Positions 11,307 to 21,401 of a DNA stretch of 64,000 nt are shown here, one piece after another (the stretch's first letter is position 1; every line of letters begins with the position of its first letter). The translations under genes were made by a program, and so were the position numbers. The notes beneath the pieces were generated by a model, which did not search any database, was not told the origin of the DNA, and saw only the letters and a program-made list of their open reading frames with translations. This stretch comes from an uncultured delta proteobacterium. GTDB taxonomy: Bacteria; Desulfobacterota; Binatia; UBA9968. Location: contig CAWFJP010000001.1 of assembly GCA_963816145.1 (NCBI GenBank), positions 96,001-160,000 on the forward strand, written 5' to 3'.

Positions 11307-12461
11307 ATGCCAGAGCCTGATGCGGTTAGTAGTTATTTCTCTCAATCTAAGTTTTTTCAATATATCGCCCGTGAGTTGGCCAACCCTTTGAACGGCATGC
11401 TCGTGAGCGTCGGGGCCTTGGAGAGCTATGCCGAGGCCAACCCGGGTGCCATGGACGAGATCGGTGATTTGCTGGGAATATTGCGAAACGAGGTTAACCG
11501 ACTGGTTCTCTTTCTGAATGAGCTTCGTTCCACCGGCGTGTTGCGCGACATCGTTCTGCAGCCAACCTCTTTGCCGGCGGAAATCAGCGAATTGCTGGCT
11601 TTGGAATCCGCATGTTATGAGCAGCGCCGGGTGCGCATTAACCTGGATGTTCCGTTAGATCTGCCCGGCATGATGGCCGACAGAAATAAACTCAGGCAGG
11701 TTCTTTTGAATCTCTCCAAGAACGCGGTCGAGGCCATGCCCAATGGCGGAACACTGACGATTCGAGGTTGCGCGAGCGAGGCATGGCTGTGCTTGGACAT
11801 CACGGATACCGGGAATGGCATTTCAGCGGGGATGCCGGTCTTTGAACCGGCGGTCACCGACAAACCGCAGGGCAGCGGCCTTGGGTTGGCGATTGTGCGT
11901 GAGATTGTTCACCAGCACAAGGGCACGGTTTCGTATACCTCCCAGTTGGGAAAGGGAACCACGTTCCACCTCAAGTTTCCTATCCCAGTGAGTACCCCGT
12001 GGAACAGTGAAGAAAAGCCCCAGGCTTGGCGCGAGGACTACCGCCGGCGAAGCCAAGACGACGAATACCGCTGGGGCGGCGACTCCCGGCGGCTGCGTCT
12101 CCGCAACAGCGGACGATTCCTGGGCAGCATCGGTACGCTCATTGATATCGCCGATCGCCAGCCGGCCGACCATGCACTCCGGTTGAAAGATGCTAAATCG
12201 CCCACGGAAATCGCCAACACATGCTCGGCAGCACTGCGTTTGCTCAACACAGGGCTGTTCGCCCGTGCAGCAGCTCAAGGGGTCGACCAGGCGCTCTTCT
12301 CGACCGCGCTTGAGTGCGGCCTGAAAGGTATAAAAGCATCACCCAAGCTTTTCGCCGGCAACTTGAGACGGAGCGGCAGATTCGCTTGGTTCAGCCGGCG
12401 CTTGGGCAGTTCTCAAGAGTGTTCGCCAAATCCAAGACCTGGTTCAAGCCGAAAAAGTTAA
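11307..12461 (+). CDS. Sensor-less HisKA/HATPase kinase-like protein with His->Arg at the H-box and a decayed PAS/PAC tail
   Basis: IARELANPL (canonical AHEIxNPL), NLSKNAVEAM, DTGNG, GSGLGL. The tail EYRW...GRFLGSIGTLIDI resembles a PAC remnant. Confidence 0.7.
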   Translation: MPEPDAVSSYFSQSKFFQYIARELANPLNGMLVSVGALESYAEANPGAMDEIGDLLGILRNEVNRLVLFLNELRSTGVLRDIVLQPTSLPAEISELLALESACYEQRRVRINLDVPLDLPGMMADRNKLRQVLLNLSKNAVEAMPNGGTLTIRGCASEAWLCLDITDTGNGISAGMPVFEPAVTDKPQGSGLGLAIVREIVHQHKGTVSYTSQLGKGTTFHLKFPIPVSTPWNSEEKPQAWREDYRRRSQDDEYRWGGDSRRLRLRNSGRFLGSIGTLIDIADRQPADHALRLKDAKSPTEIANTCSAALRLLNTGLFARAAAQGVDQALFSTALECGLKGIKASPKLFAGNLRRSGRFAWFSRRLGSSQECSPNPRPGSSRKS

Positions 12462-12491
12462 TCTCCCTCTCGGGGATGGTTGAATTCTCTC

Positions 12492-12671
12492 GCCCCTTCG
12501 ACCTTGCTCAGGGCAGGCTTCAAACGACGAGAGGATTTGTCATGCCGGCCCTTCGACCAAGCTCAGGATAAACTCCGGCCGGCATCCATCTTCGGTTTCG
12601 TTGAAAGGCCAAAGAAAACCTGGATTCCTGCCCCGGTTCAGGTCCGGGGCAGGCTCTGCGCCGGAATGACG
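12492..12671. repeat. Composite REP-like palindromes with CCCTTCGAC..GCTCAGG cassettes
   Basis: GTCATGCCGGC..GCCGGCATCCA faces TGGATTCC..GCCGGAATGAC; two CCCTTCGACnnnGCTCAGG units. Confidence 0.7.
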
Positions 12672-13181
12672 AAAGAAAGAGTCGACTACCAGTCGACGAA
12701 TTTAGAACCCCCTCGGCTTCAAGCGAGGGACATAAGGAGGAGATCTCCGGGCGCTGCACCGCCTCGACGAAAGCGGTGGTTTCAGCCAGCAATTTGACCT
12801 TCGGCAAAATATCAGGTTCGACCGGGACCGGAGGCTTTCTCATCGACAGCGATTACTTGATCTGGGAAATTTCTCATCCTTGCGCCATCCGCGACCTCCA
12901 AATTGCCAAGAATGAAAACTCTAGTAATTAAAACCTCATGAAATCCCGTAACTCCAAACAGCGAAAACTTTGCATCGAAATTGCAAATGCAGATCACCAA
13001 GGGTGGGAACATACCAAGGAGGACCGAGTTGAAATGTAGACTAAGGAACAGATCGAGGCAGGATCACATATATTAATAGCTTTCAGAGCTCCGTTCCTGG
13101 CTGTTTGGTTATTTGTTGATTCGCCTATTCGAGCCGACAAGGTGCCAAGCATGCGTAACGCTAAACCCAAAGGAGGGATTT

Positions 13182-13493
13182 GTGATTCAGGCATTTAAAA
13201 AGTTTACAGCGGCGCTGGCATTCGTGTTTTTGATAGCCGGCTGCCAAGCCATGACCGGTGAAACCGCGGGGCAGAACATCGACGACGGCACGCTCACGAC
13301 ATCTGTGAAGACGTCACTCGCAGGCGAGCGGATCAACACCCTGACACGTGTGGGAGTCGAGACCAACAACGGCATTGTGGTCCTTACCGGCGAAGTCGAG
13401 ACCGCCAACGAGAAGTCGCGCGCTGGAACGGTCGCGTCGCAGGTAAAGGGCGTCAGAGGAGTCACGAATAACCTGCAAGTGATCAAGCGTTAG
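13182..13493 (+). CDS. BON-domain lipoprotein (OsmY-like)
   Basis: Lipobox LIAGC; DDGTLTTSVK, VETNNGIVVLTG, VKGVRGVTNNL; AGGAGG RBS before GTG. Confidence 0.9.
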   Translation: MIQAFKKFTAALAFVFLIAGCQAMTGETAGQNIDDGTLTTSVKTSLAGERINTLTRVGVETNNGIVVLTGEVETANEKSRAGTVASQVKGVRGVTNNLQVIKR

Positions 13494-13553
13494 AGACTGT
13501 TTAGATCAGTGCGGGCGTAACCAAAGAGAAGGGTCAACGCATGAGAACCAACG

Positions 13554-13766
13554 ATGACGGCAAAATTCTTCTTCTTGCTCATAGGTCTGGGGCTAGGGGC
13601 CATCGGCGGGCTGATCGCCGCGTTGCTGGCGCGAGAGGAAAACCGTGAGGCGCTGCGCGAGGGCGGCGCAAAGAGCCTTGAGTACCTGAATGAGCAAGCG
13701 GAAAAACTTCGGGAAACTACCGAAGCTATCGTCGAAAAAGGCAAGGATCTTATGGGTCATGGTTGA
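13554..13766 (+). CDS. YtxH-like small protein
   Basis: GLGLGAIGGLIAALLLARE plus a charged helix; paralogous to 48243-48530. Confidence 0.65.
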   Translation: MTAKFFFLLIGLGLGAIGGLIAALLAREENREALREGGAKSLEYLNEQAEKLRETTEAIVEKGKDLMGHG

Positions 13767-13882
13767 TGCTCCGTTGACGCCACTAAGGTAGCCGAAAAGA
13801 AGGTAGAAAAGGAAGAACGGGGAGAAATAGTGCACGGATAGGAAATCCGACAGGGTGGGTTCCCTGTAGAAAGGAGTCGAAC

Positions 13883-14029
13883 ATGCTTTGGACTATTTTT
13901 GTGATTCTATTGATCATGTGGGCGCTGGGGTTGGCCACTTCGTACACGCTCGGTGGCTTCGTTCATATCCTATTGGTCATTGCCTTGATCATGCTAGTGG
14001 TCAATTTGGTTCAGGGACGAAGAATCTAG
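13883..14029 (+). CDS. lmo0937-family small membrane protein (48 aa; not in the ORF track)
   Basis: MLWTIFVILLIMWALGLATSYTLGGFVHILLVIALIMLVVNLVQGRRI; AAGGAG RBS. Confidence 0.9.
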   Translation: MLWTIFVILLIMWALGLATSYTLGGFVHILLVIALIMLVVNLVQGRRI

Positions 14030-14065
14030 CAGCGCTCTCGGCGATCTGACGAAGAAAGGATGGTT

Positions 14066-14294
14066 ATGCGCATCAATGCGATAACAGTTGTTGGGATCGC
14101 TCTGATCGTGCTGGGGATCGTGGCTTTTGCTTACCAGGGCATAACCTAAACAAGCCGCGAGACAGTTATCGATATTGGCCCTATTCAAGGCCACCGCCGA
14201 CACCCAAAAGACAATCCCGCTCTCCCCTCTCCTGGGCGGGTTGGCCCTTGTCGGCGGGATCGTCCTGGTGGTGGTCGGAGCGAAGAGGGCGTAG
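14066..14294 (+). pseudogene. DUF3185-like small membrane protein with an internal stop and a frameshift
   Basis: MRINAITVVGIALIVLGIVAFAYQGIT*TSRETVIDIGPIQ/ATADTQKTIPLSPLLGGLALVGGIVLVVVGAKRA. Confidence 0.75.
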
Positions 14295-14342
14295 TTCGAC
14301 TTGGCGGATTGGCCGCCAAGTTGTCTACGACGATATAGTCTC

Positions 14343-15131
14343 ATGATTCGACAGGATTCTCTCTCTGACGAATTCAAACAAAAACTGCGCGAGTCGCTGC
14401 AGCGGGAGCCGCTCAATTGTCGCACGGTCAAAATTGCCCGCCACGCCAATGTCTACACCTGCGGCGATCACGACGAGATGGTTTTCTTTATTGAGAGCGG
14501 CCGGATCAAACTGCTCATGCTCTCGCCGGAAGGCAAAGAGTGCCTGTTGGTGATCCACAGCGCGGGAGATATTTTCGGTGAGTTATGCCTGTCCGGTTCC
14601 GGCGCGCGTCTGGAAACCGCCACGGCGATGGAAGAAACCATCTTAAAGAAAATTCCCCGCAGCCACTTTCTCGCCGGCTTGAGCCGTGACTCGCTGCTGG
14701 AGGGGTATGTCCGATACCTGGCGGTGCGCATCGCCGAGCAACAGCAGGTCATCGCCGATCTGGTGACGGTGGACAGCGAACAGCGCTTGGGCAAGACGCT
14801 GTTGCAGTTGGCGCGCGCGCTGGGCAAGAAAGACCAACAGAGCACTCGCATCGAACTGAAGATCTCGCACGAAGAGCTGTCCGAGATGGTCGGCACGACT
14901 CGGCCGCGGATCAGTCTGTTCATGCAGCGCTTTCGCAATCTCGGCTTGATTGAAACTGACCTCGATCGCTCTCTTGTCATTCATGAAAAACAACTGACTT
15001 CTTACCTGGATGTAAGAGCGGCTGAGCATGGCTGCGCGCGGCGCGCTGATTTTGATCAAACCCGTCCAGTTGTTGAACCAAGGCCCTTTATCAAACTCGC
15101 CGGACGTCATATCGCAACAATGGGGAGGTAA
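14343..15131 (+). CDS. Crp/Fnr-family transcriptional regulator
   Basis: cNMP-type domain (IESGRIKL, GDIFGE) and HTH ISHEELSEMVGTTRPRIS. Confidence 0.92.
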   Translation: MIRQDSLSDEFKQKLRESLQREPLNCRTVKIARHANVYTCGDHDEMVFFIESGRIKLLMLSPEGKECLLVIHSAGDIFGELCLSGSGARLETATAMEETILKKIPRSHFLAGLSRDSLLEGYVRYLAVRIAEQQQVIADLVTVDSEQRLGKTLLQLARALGKKDQQSTRIELKISHEELSEMVGTTRPRISLFMQRFRNLGLIETDLDRSLVIHEKQLTSYLDVRAAEHGCARRADFDQTRPVVEPRPFIKLAGRHIATMGR

Positions 15132-15137
15132 CTTACT

Positions 15138-15287
15138 ATGGGACTTATATTATTGATCGTCTTGATTTTGCTCCTGTTTGGCGGTCTGCCCCGCTGGGGA
15201 TATCACTCATATGGCTACGGTCCCTCGGGCATCGTCGGGACGATTTTAATAATCGTGCTGATTCTATTCCTGTTGGGGCGGATCTAG
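15138..15287 (+). CDS. DUF3309-family small membrane protein (49 aa; not in the ORF track)
   Basis: MGLILLIVLILLLFGGLPRWGYHSYGYGPSGIVGTILIIVLILFLLGRI; GGAGG RBS. Confidence 0.9.
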   Translation: MGLILLIVLILLLFGGLPRWGYHSYGYGPSGIVGTILIIVLILFLLGRI

Positions 15288-15371
15288 GGGGCTCAGGGCC
15301 TTTGGGGCACTTGTTTGTGACAGCTAGATTCACGCTGGCGCAAACATTCCCGGCAGAGGGCGGGGCGTGCC

Positions 15372-15610
15372 ATGATCAAACAAATTGAAATCCACGGTCA
15401 GTGCTTCGAACTCTATAGCCCGATAATGGGCGCACCTGGTCAAGCAGTCCCCAATCGATCGTTGCTTATGGGCGCAGGAAAAAGAAGTTGCGCATGGAGT
15501 TACAGAAGCGGTTTGAATTGATACGCGCGACCGATGGTCTCGATACCAATCAATTCCCCGGACCTGAGGCTCCAAAGAGCGTCAGAAAGGCAAAGGAAAA
15601 AAGATTATGA
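15372..15610 (+). CDS. Possible small hypothetical protein, frameshifted near 15420
   Basis: MIKQIEIHGQCFELYSP/DNGRTWSSSPQSIVAYGRRKKKLRMELQKRF reads protein-like across one indel. Confidence 0.35.
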
Positions 15611-15780
15611 ACGGATTTGCGGCAACAGTGCCAGTGCACTCGATCCAGGGTGTGCGCGCGGTCAAGGAGTAACTGCGCCTCGAAACACCCTAACGCTAAG
15701 GCAACCCGCGGCACGGCGCCGCAAAAACTCACGAGTCGACCGCTCAGGCGGTCGGCTCCTTAACCAAAAGGAGCACGGCA

Positions 15781-15972
15781 ATGAGTGGAAAAACCGACCA
15801 AATCAAAGGGCGGATCAAAGAGGCCGCGGGTGTACTAACGGATAACGAACGCCTCAAACGAAAGGGAAAGCTCGATCAGGTGGTGGGGAAGGTGAAGGTT
15901 GCGGCGGAGAAGGTGGTGGATAAAGCAAAGGATGCCGCGGAGAAGGCGGTTGACAAAGTAAAAGACGCCTGA
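15781..15972 (+). CDS. csbD: CsbD-family stress protein
   Basis: DQIKGRIKEAAGVLTDNERLKRKGKLDQVVGKVK; AAGGAG RBS. Confidence 0.9.
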   Translation: MSGKTDQIKGRIKEAAGVLTDNERLKRKGKLDQVVGKVKVAAEKVVDKAKDAAEKAVDKVKDA

Positions 15973-16040
15973 CCGACAACATCTTTGAAAATTAAAGCCA
16001 AATAACCAACGTGGTTATTGTTCATAGAGGAAAAAAATCC

Positions 16041-16277
16041 ATGTATACATACAGTGGAGTTCAACAAAAAATGATCCGAGTTGTTGCTAGCGCGTTGCTA
16101 GTGATGGGGTTCACATTAGTGGGTGTCGGCTGCGAGCGCGAAGGAGCCGTCGAGAAGGCTGGCAAGCAGGTCGACAAGGCGGTCGAGGACGTTAAGGACA
16201 AGATCAACCCTGAGGGACCCGTCGAAAAAGCCGGCAAGCAGGTCGACAAGGCGATCGAAGAGGCGAAGGGCAAGTAA
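16041..16277 (+). CDS. Small lipoprotein with an internal repeat
   Basis: Lipobox-like VGVGC; EGxVEKAGKQVDKAxE occurs twice. Confidence 0.8.
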   Translation: MYTYSGVQQKMIRVVASALLVMGFTLVGVGCEREGAVEKAGKQVDKAVEDVKDKINPEGPVEKAGKQVDKAIEEAKGK

Positions 16278-16298
16278 ACTCGCGTCGCTCGTCATCGC

Positions 16299-16320
16299 GG
16301 GCGGGGCATTTGCCCCGCCC
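16299..16320 (+). terminator. Hairpin after the small-protein cluster
   Basis: GGGCGGGGCA-TT-TGCCCCGCCC; weak U-tract. Confidence 0.55.
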
Positions 16321-16464
16321 TTGACCAAGGCGGTGCTACACGCCCCTTCTGAGGTTAGCGACTCAGACAATAGAATAATCAAGAGATAATCAAGGCTGCA
16401 AACCTCGAAGCCCCGCACACTGCTCAGCTATCCAGGAAACACCTAAATATGTTAGACACCAAAC

Positions 16465-18256
16465 ATGAGCGGCGATACGAAGATCAAAAGCATGGGAGCC
16501 ATTCCTCACAAGGGCGGAGTTGGGTTTCGCGTGTGGGCGCCGAATGCACAGCAAGTGTCCGTTATCGGAACGTTCAACGATTGGGACGGCGGCAAACATC
16601 CCATGCGAGCCGAGGAGAACGGCCACTGGTATGCCGACATTGCCGAAGCTCATATCGGCGATCAATACCGTTACCTGCTGACCACGGCAAAGGGCGAGTT
16701 CAAGCGCATCGACCCGTATGCCCGTCAGGTGACCAGCTCGGTCGGCAACGCCATCGTGCACGACCCGAGCTTCGACTGGGAGGGCGATGACTTCCATCTC
16801 GCGGCGCGCAACGAACTGGTCATCTACGAACTCCATATCGGCACGTTCAACGACCAGGAGAACGACAATCTGCCCGGCAAGTTTGCGTCGGTGTCGTCCC
16901 GTCTGGGACATTTAAAAAAGCTTGGCGTCAACGCGATTCAGATCATGCCGATCGCCCAGTTCTCGGGCGAGCGGTCATGGGGCTACAACCCGGCCCATAT
17001 CTTTTCGGTTGAGCTCGCCTACGGCGGCCCTTTGGCGTTCAAGAAGTTCGTCAAGCGCGCCCACAGACACGGCATCGCCGTCATCCTCGATGTCGTTTAC
17101 AACCACTTCGGCCCGGGAGATCTCGATCTTTGGCAGTTCGACGGCTGGTCCGAGAACGACCGTGGTGGCATCTACTTCTACAACGATGACCGGGCGCAGA
17201 CGCCGTGGGGAGAGACCCGTCCCGATTACGGACGCAACGAGGTCCGGCAATATATCTTCGACAACGTCTTTATGTGGCTCGATGAATACCATGTCGACGG
17301 CCTGCGCTTTGACGGCGTCTCCTACATTCATTCCTACCCTGGATCCAGTCGGCCAGGATCTGCCCGAGGGCTGGAGCCTGCTCCAATGGATAAACAGCAT
17401 GGTCGCCGAGAAATTTCCCGGTCGCATCACGATCGCCGAAGACCTGGAGAACAACAACTGGATTACCACGAAGGATGTGGGGGCCGGCGGAGCTGGATTC
17501 GGCTCGCAGTGGGATGCCAACTTCGTCCACCCGATCCGCCAGGCGGTGATCACCTCCGAGGATGAGCAGCGCTCCTTGAGCGCCATCCGCGACGCCTTAT
17601 GCTATCGCTACAACGACGACGCCTTCGACCGGGTCATCTATAGCGAATCGCACGATGAGGTGGCGAACGGCAAAGCGCGCGTGCCCCAGGACGTGAACCC
17701 GGAGGACGCTAAAGGCTGGTACTCGCAGAAGCGCTCGACGCTGGCTGCGGCCATGGTGTTCACCGCGCCGGGCATCCCCATGCTGTTCCAGGGCCAGGAA
17801 TTCCTCGAGGGAAATTATTTCCGCGACACGGTGCCGGTCGATTGGGACCAACGCGAGGAGTTCCACGGAATTCTTCGGCTCTACCGCGATCTCATCCGCC
17901 TGCGGCTCAATCGCGACGGCTTCAGCCGCGGCCTGTGCGGGCAGTTCACCCAGGTTTACCACTTGTGCGATGAACGCAAGCTCATCGCCTACCAGCGTTG
18001 GGACAAGGGCGGCCCCGGGGACGATGTCGTGGTCGTGGCCAACTTCCTCAATGAGCCGCAGGATGGCTACGTCATCGGCTTTCCATCCGCGGGAACTTGG
18101 AAGCTCCGCTTCAACAGCGACTGGCAGGGATACAGCGACGCCTTCGAAGGCCATTGGACTGGCGAGTTGGTCGCGCAACCGGGCGAGTGCGACGGCCTCC
18201 CCTTCCACGGCGCGCTTTACATCGGCCCCTACAGCGTGCTGATCTTTTCGCAATAA
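16465..18256 (+). CDS. GH13 CBM48 alpha-amylase/1,4-alpha-glucan branching enzyme-like protein (frameshift near 17330)
   Basis: FRVWAPNA, IYELHIGTF, SWGYNP, DVVYNH, DGLRFD, then IAED, ESHDE and PMLFQGQEF in the next frame. Confidence 0.9.
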
Positions 18257-18436
18257 TCGAAACAAATCTGCTCGGGCGACGGCTAAGAGCATCCGCGACC
18301 AGAACGGCAGGGCATGAACGAATTTCCGGCACATTTCTGAAGCATCCCAGCAAACGAGATGCGGCGGGGAGCAGCTAAAGACAACCGAGCAAGTCAATCC
18401 GAGTTGTTATTTGACGAGCAATAGTCAAAGCGGAAA

Positions 18437-18982
18437 ATGTTCCAAACGAATCTTATATTTGGCGTCACCCTGCTTAGTCTGGCAGTTTTCCAAAGTGGCG
18501 CGCTGGCAGCAAGCGGCTTGATCGGCTCCCCCGCTCCCTACTTTAGCGTTGGATCGGGCGATGACAAGGTACTGACCTTGGACATGATCAAGGGCAAAGT
18601 CACCGCCATATTCTACGAGAATAGAAAGATTGTCGACGCCAACAAGCGACTGAAGGATGAACTGAATAAGCTCTATCACGATCAGACAGATACCTTAAAA
18701 GACGGTCTCCTAAGACTGCCGATTATCGATTGTTCGGACGCGATCTGGCCCTTCCACGGGTTATGGAAAAAAAAACTCAGGGAACACTCCAGCAAAGAGG
18801 GCACGACCATATACTGTGACTGGAGTGGCAAGATGGCGTCTGCTTACACAATGAAGGACGACGTGAGCAACGTCGTCATCATCGATAAAGCCGCAATCAT
18901 CCGCTCTTTCACCTCGGGAGAGGTCACGGCTGATCAAATCGACCACGCGAAGAAACTATTGAAAGTGTTAGTAGCTGAGTAA
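18437..18982 (+). CDS. Exported thioredoxin-like/YtfJ-like hypothetical protein
   Basis: Signal peptide; IGSPAPYFSV, NVVIIDKAAIIR. Confidence 0.6.
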   Translation: MFQTNLIFGVTLLSLAVFQSGALAASGLIGSPAPYFSVGSGDDKVLTLDMIKGKVTAIFYENRKIVDANKRLKDELNKLYHDQTDTLKDGLLRLPIIDCSDAIWPFHGLWKKKLREHSSKEGTTIYCDWSGKMASAYTMKDDVSNVVIIDKAAIIRSFTSGEVTADQIDHAKKLLKVLVAE

Positions 18983-19528
18983 ATCTTGCCCAGACGCGGT
19001 TGCTAATCCTTAAGTCCGGATGATTGAAGACAATCCGATGCCACAGACGCTGCCGATCGAGCGATATTTCGCGGGATCCGAAATAGCGAGTTCGACAGCA
19101 CTTTCAAAAATAAACGTACAATTCAACAGGCTGAAAAATTGGTTGGTCCGAAGGTAATTGATCGCGAACCGGTCGAAGGTACATTACACGCAAACCGAGT
19201 TCCCGTTAACGTTTACGCTGGACTAAAGGACGCGGGTCGGGAACTGAGGCATTTCACCTCGACCCCTCACTGTTTTACCACACCCCCAGGCGCCGGACCT
19301 CTTGCCTCTCGGGTGCGCAGAGGAAAGCTCGCCTTACTAGGAAAAAACCGACGGTGATTTATCGCCGTGCGATCATTCCATTCCGGCATTGTTCTTGCGG
19401 AATCAAGTTCAGAGAGCGGCTGGACATCGCTCCGCAGTGCGCGATGAATCTTTTCGAAATTGTCCAGTATCAGACACCGTTCGCTCGTGCAGCAACAATA
19501 GGCGTAGTCCGTAACAAGGAGGAAAACC

Positions 19529-20056
19529 ATGGCTGAGAATAACGCAGTAGTTGGCATCTACAACTCCCACACCGAGGCAGAAGCGAGCATCAAAGAACTC
19601 CAGCGGTCTGGGTTCGACATGAAGAAACTGTCCATCGTCGGTAAGGACTATCACACCGAAGAGCATGTTGTCGGCTACTACAATACCGGGGACCGTATGA
19701 AGGTCTGGGGTAAACTTGGGGCCTTTTGGGGCGGCTTTTGGGGCTTGCTGTTTGGGTCGGCGTTTTTCTTTATCCCGGGCATCGGACCCCTGATCGTATT
19801 TGGCCCAATGGTCGGTTGGATTGTCGGAGCGCTGGAAGGCGCCTTTGTAGTCGGCGGCCTAAGTGCATTGGGCGCCGGACTGGCCAGCATTGGCATTCCC
19901 AAAGACAGCATCGTTCAGTATGAGACGGCGCTCAAGAGTGACAAGTTCTTGGTGATCGCGCACGGCACAGCGGAAGAGGTAGCCAAGGCCAAAAGCATCC
20001 TCGATACCACTGGCGCGGCACAAATAAGCGCCCATCAAGGTTTGTTGGCAGCTTAA
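19529..20056 (+). CDS. General stress protein 17M-like (DUF1269-type) membrane protein
   Basis: VGIYNSHTEAEASIKELQRSGFDMKKLSIVG; Gly-rich IPGIGP segment; AAGGAGG RBS. Confidence 0.85.
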   Translation: MAENNAVVGIYNSHTEAEASIKELQRSGFDMKKLSIVGKDYHTEEHVVGYYNTGDRMKVWGKLGAFWGGFWGLLFGSAFFFIPGIGPLIVFGPMVGWIVGALEGAFVVGGLSALGAGLASIGIPKDSIVQYETALKSDKFLVIAHGTAEEVAKAKSILDTTGAAQISAHQGLLAA

Positions 20057-20094
20057 CTTTAACTTAGAAACGCCCCACCACGGCAAAACAATGA

Positions 20095-20499
20095 ACTACC
20101 CCTGCCTATCGAGCGCGTGCCGACGATAAACGCGCGGTAGGCAGGCAGTTGGTCGATTGGCAGTGCGCTCTGGAACAGAAATGGGCAATGCTGCACTTCG
20201 GGGAAGTGAAGATTGACACTGTCGAGGCGGAGCACGTGTTTGAAGTTCAGACCTATCTAGGCGAAGTCGATCCAGATGGGGTTCGCGTCGAGCCTTAGGC
20301 CAACGGAATCAACGGCGAGGGCCCGGTCCGGCAGGAGATGAAGCGTGTTCGCCAACTTGTGGGGGCGGTTAACGGTTACGTTTATAGCGCGACGGTGCCG
20401 GCGACCCGTCCGGCGACGGACTATACGGCGCGAGCGCTACCGCACTGCGCCCGCGTTGCGGTTCCTCTGGAAGCCGCTCACATCCTGTGGCAGCGCTGA
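20095..20499 (+). pseudogene. glgP: C-terminal remnant of alpha-glucan phosphorylase
   Basis: WAMLHFGEV...YLGEVDPDGVRVEP*ANG...DYTARALP...PLEAAHILWQR; internal stop and no N-terminus. Confidence 0.75.
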
Positions 20500-20652
20500 T
20501 TCAATTCGAGAATGAAGACGCTCGAACGGCCGCTGTATGATTACCCCGCCCATCCCAAAGGTCAATGACGTTTTATTGAGCGTTAAGTTTGCGCTATAGC
20601 CATGACGGTCTGCCGCGTTCTCGGTCGCCGCTGGAATCAGGAGTATTGAAGC

Positions 20653-20940
20653 ATGAAGACAAACACTTTTTCCCCGGAACTGCTCCACAAGATGGATGCC
20701 TACTGGCGCGCCGCCAACTATCTTTCGGTCGGCCAGATTTATCTTTACGACAATCCGCTGCTGAAACGGCCGCTGACGCTCGCGGATGTAAAGCACATGC
20801 CGCCGGAGCACTTTACGCGTGGGGCGTGTTGCTCACTCCTGCCCTGGGCGTTGCTCACTCCTGCCCTGGGCGCGGTGTTGATGTCGACGAGCAAGGTGAT
20901 TGTGGCCATCAACGCGCGACTGCTGAGACTGATGAAGTGA
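20653..20940 (+). pseudogene. Chimeric remnant: phosphoketolase N-terminus fused to a heavy-metal P1B-ATPase C-terminus
   Basis: First ~148 nt nearly duplicate 25037-25184; then [34 protein letters not shown] with a 22-nt tandem duplication. Confidence 0.75.
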
Positions 20941-21062
20941 TCCAGTTGTTGACGAACGGGAACAACAATATTCGATTCACACGAGACAATGTGAAAACCG
21001 GAATCAAAAGACAGTGACACCAACAACCAGGAAACACACATGACCATGGGGGGAGCGAATCC

Positions 21063-21230
21063 GTGACCAAAGACCCCATCTGCGGCATGACAGTGGACGA
21101 AGCAAGCGCTCTTCACGCCGAACGTGACAGACAGACATTCTACTTTTGCAGCGACCACTGTCGGCAAACGTTTTTGTCCACGCCCGCCGGTGCTAAGTCA
21201 AAGGACAAGTCTGAAGGCTGCTGTGGTTAA
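21063..21230 (+). CDS. YHS-domain small metal-binding protein (not in the ORF track)
   Basis: KDPICGMTVD...TFYFCSDHC...GCCG. Confidence 0.8.
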   Translation: MTKDPICGMTVDEASALHAERDRQTFYFCSDHCRQTFLSTPAGAKSKDKSEGCCG

Positions 21231-21345
21231 AAACGCGGCGAATGAGGACGTGATTTCTATGGACGCGAGCCGGGCCACGGTCCGCGTCATGTGCACGGAC
21301 GAAGAGCTGATGATTGCGCACTCGGTGTGGCGCATAGAGACAACG
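21231..21345 (+). pseudogene. ackA: C-terminal remnant of acetate kinase
   Basis: NAANEDVISMDASRATVRVMCTDEELMIAHSV resembles the AckA terminal VIPTDEELMIA motif. Confidence 0.7.
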
Positions 21346-21401
21346 ACGCTGGAGAGTAAGGTTCTGCCAAGGGCGGAGCTGACAATTGAAGGAGCCAGCG
21401 C

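Noticed and set aside
12314-13012. Short ORFs over the repeat cluster
   Set aside because: They contain typical repeat-derived peptides (PFDxAQ, WIPA..AGMT).
13141-13154. GGTGCCAAGCATGC as a sigma-54 promoter for the BON gene
   Set aside because: Spacing fits, but it lacks both the GGCA and TTGC cores.
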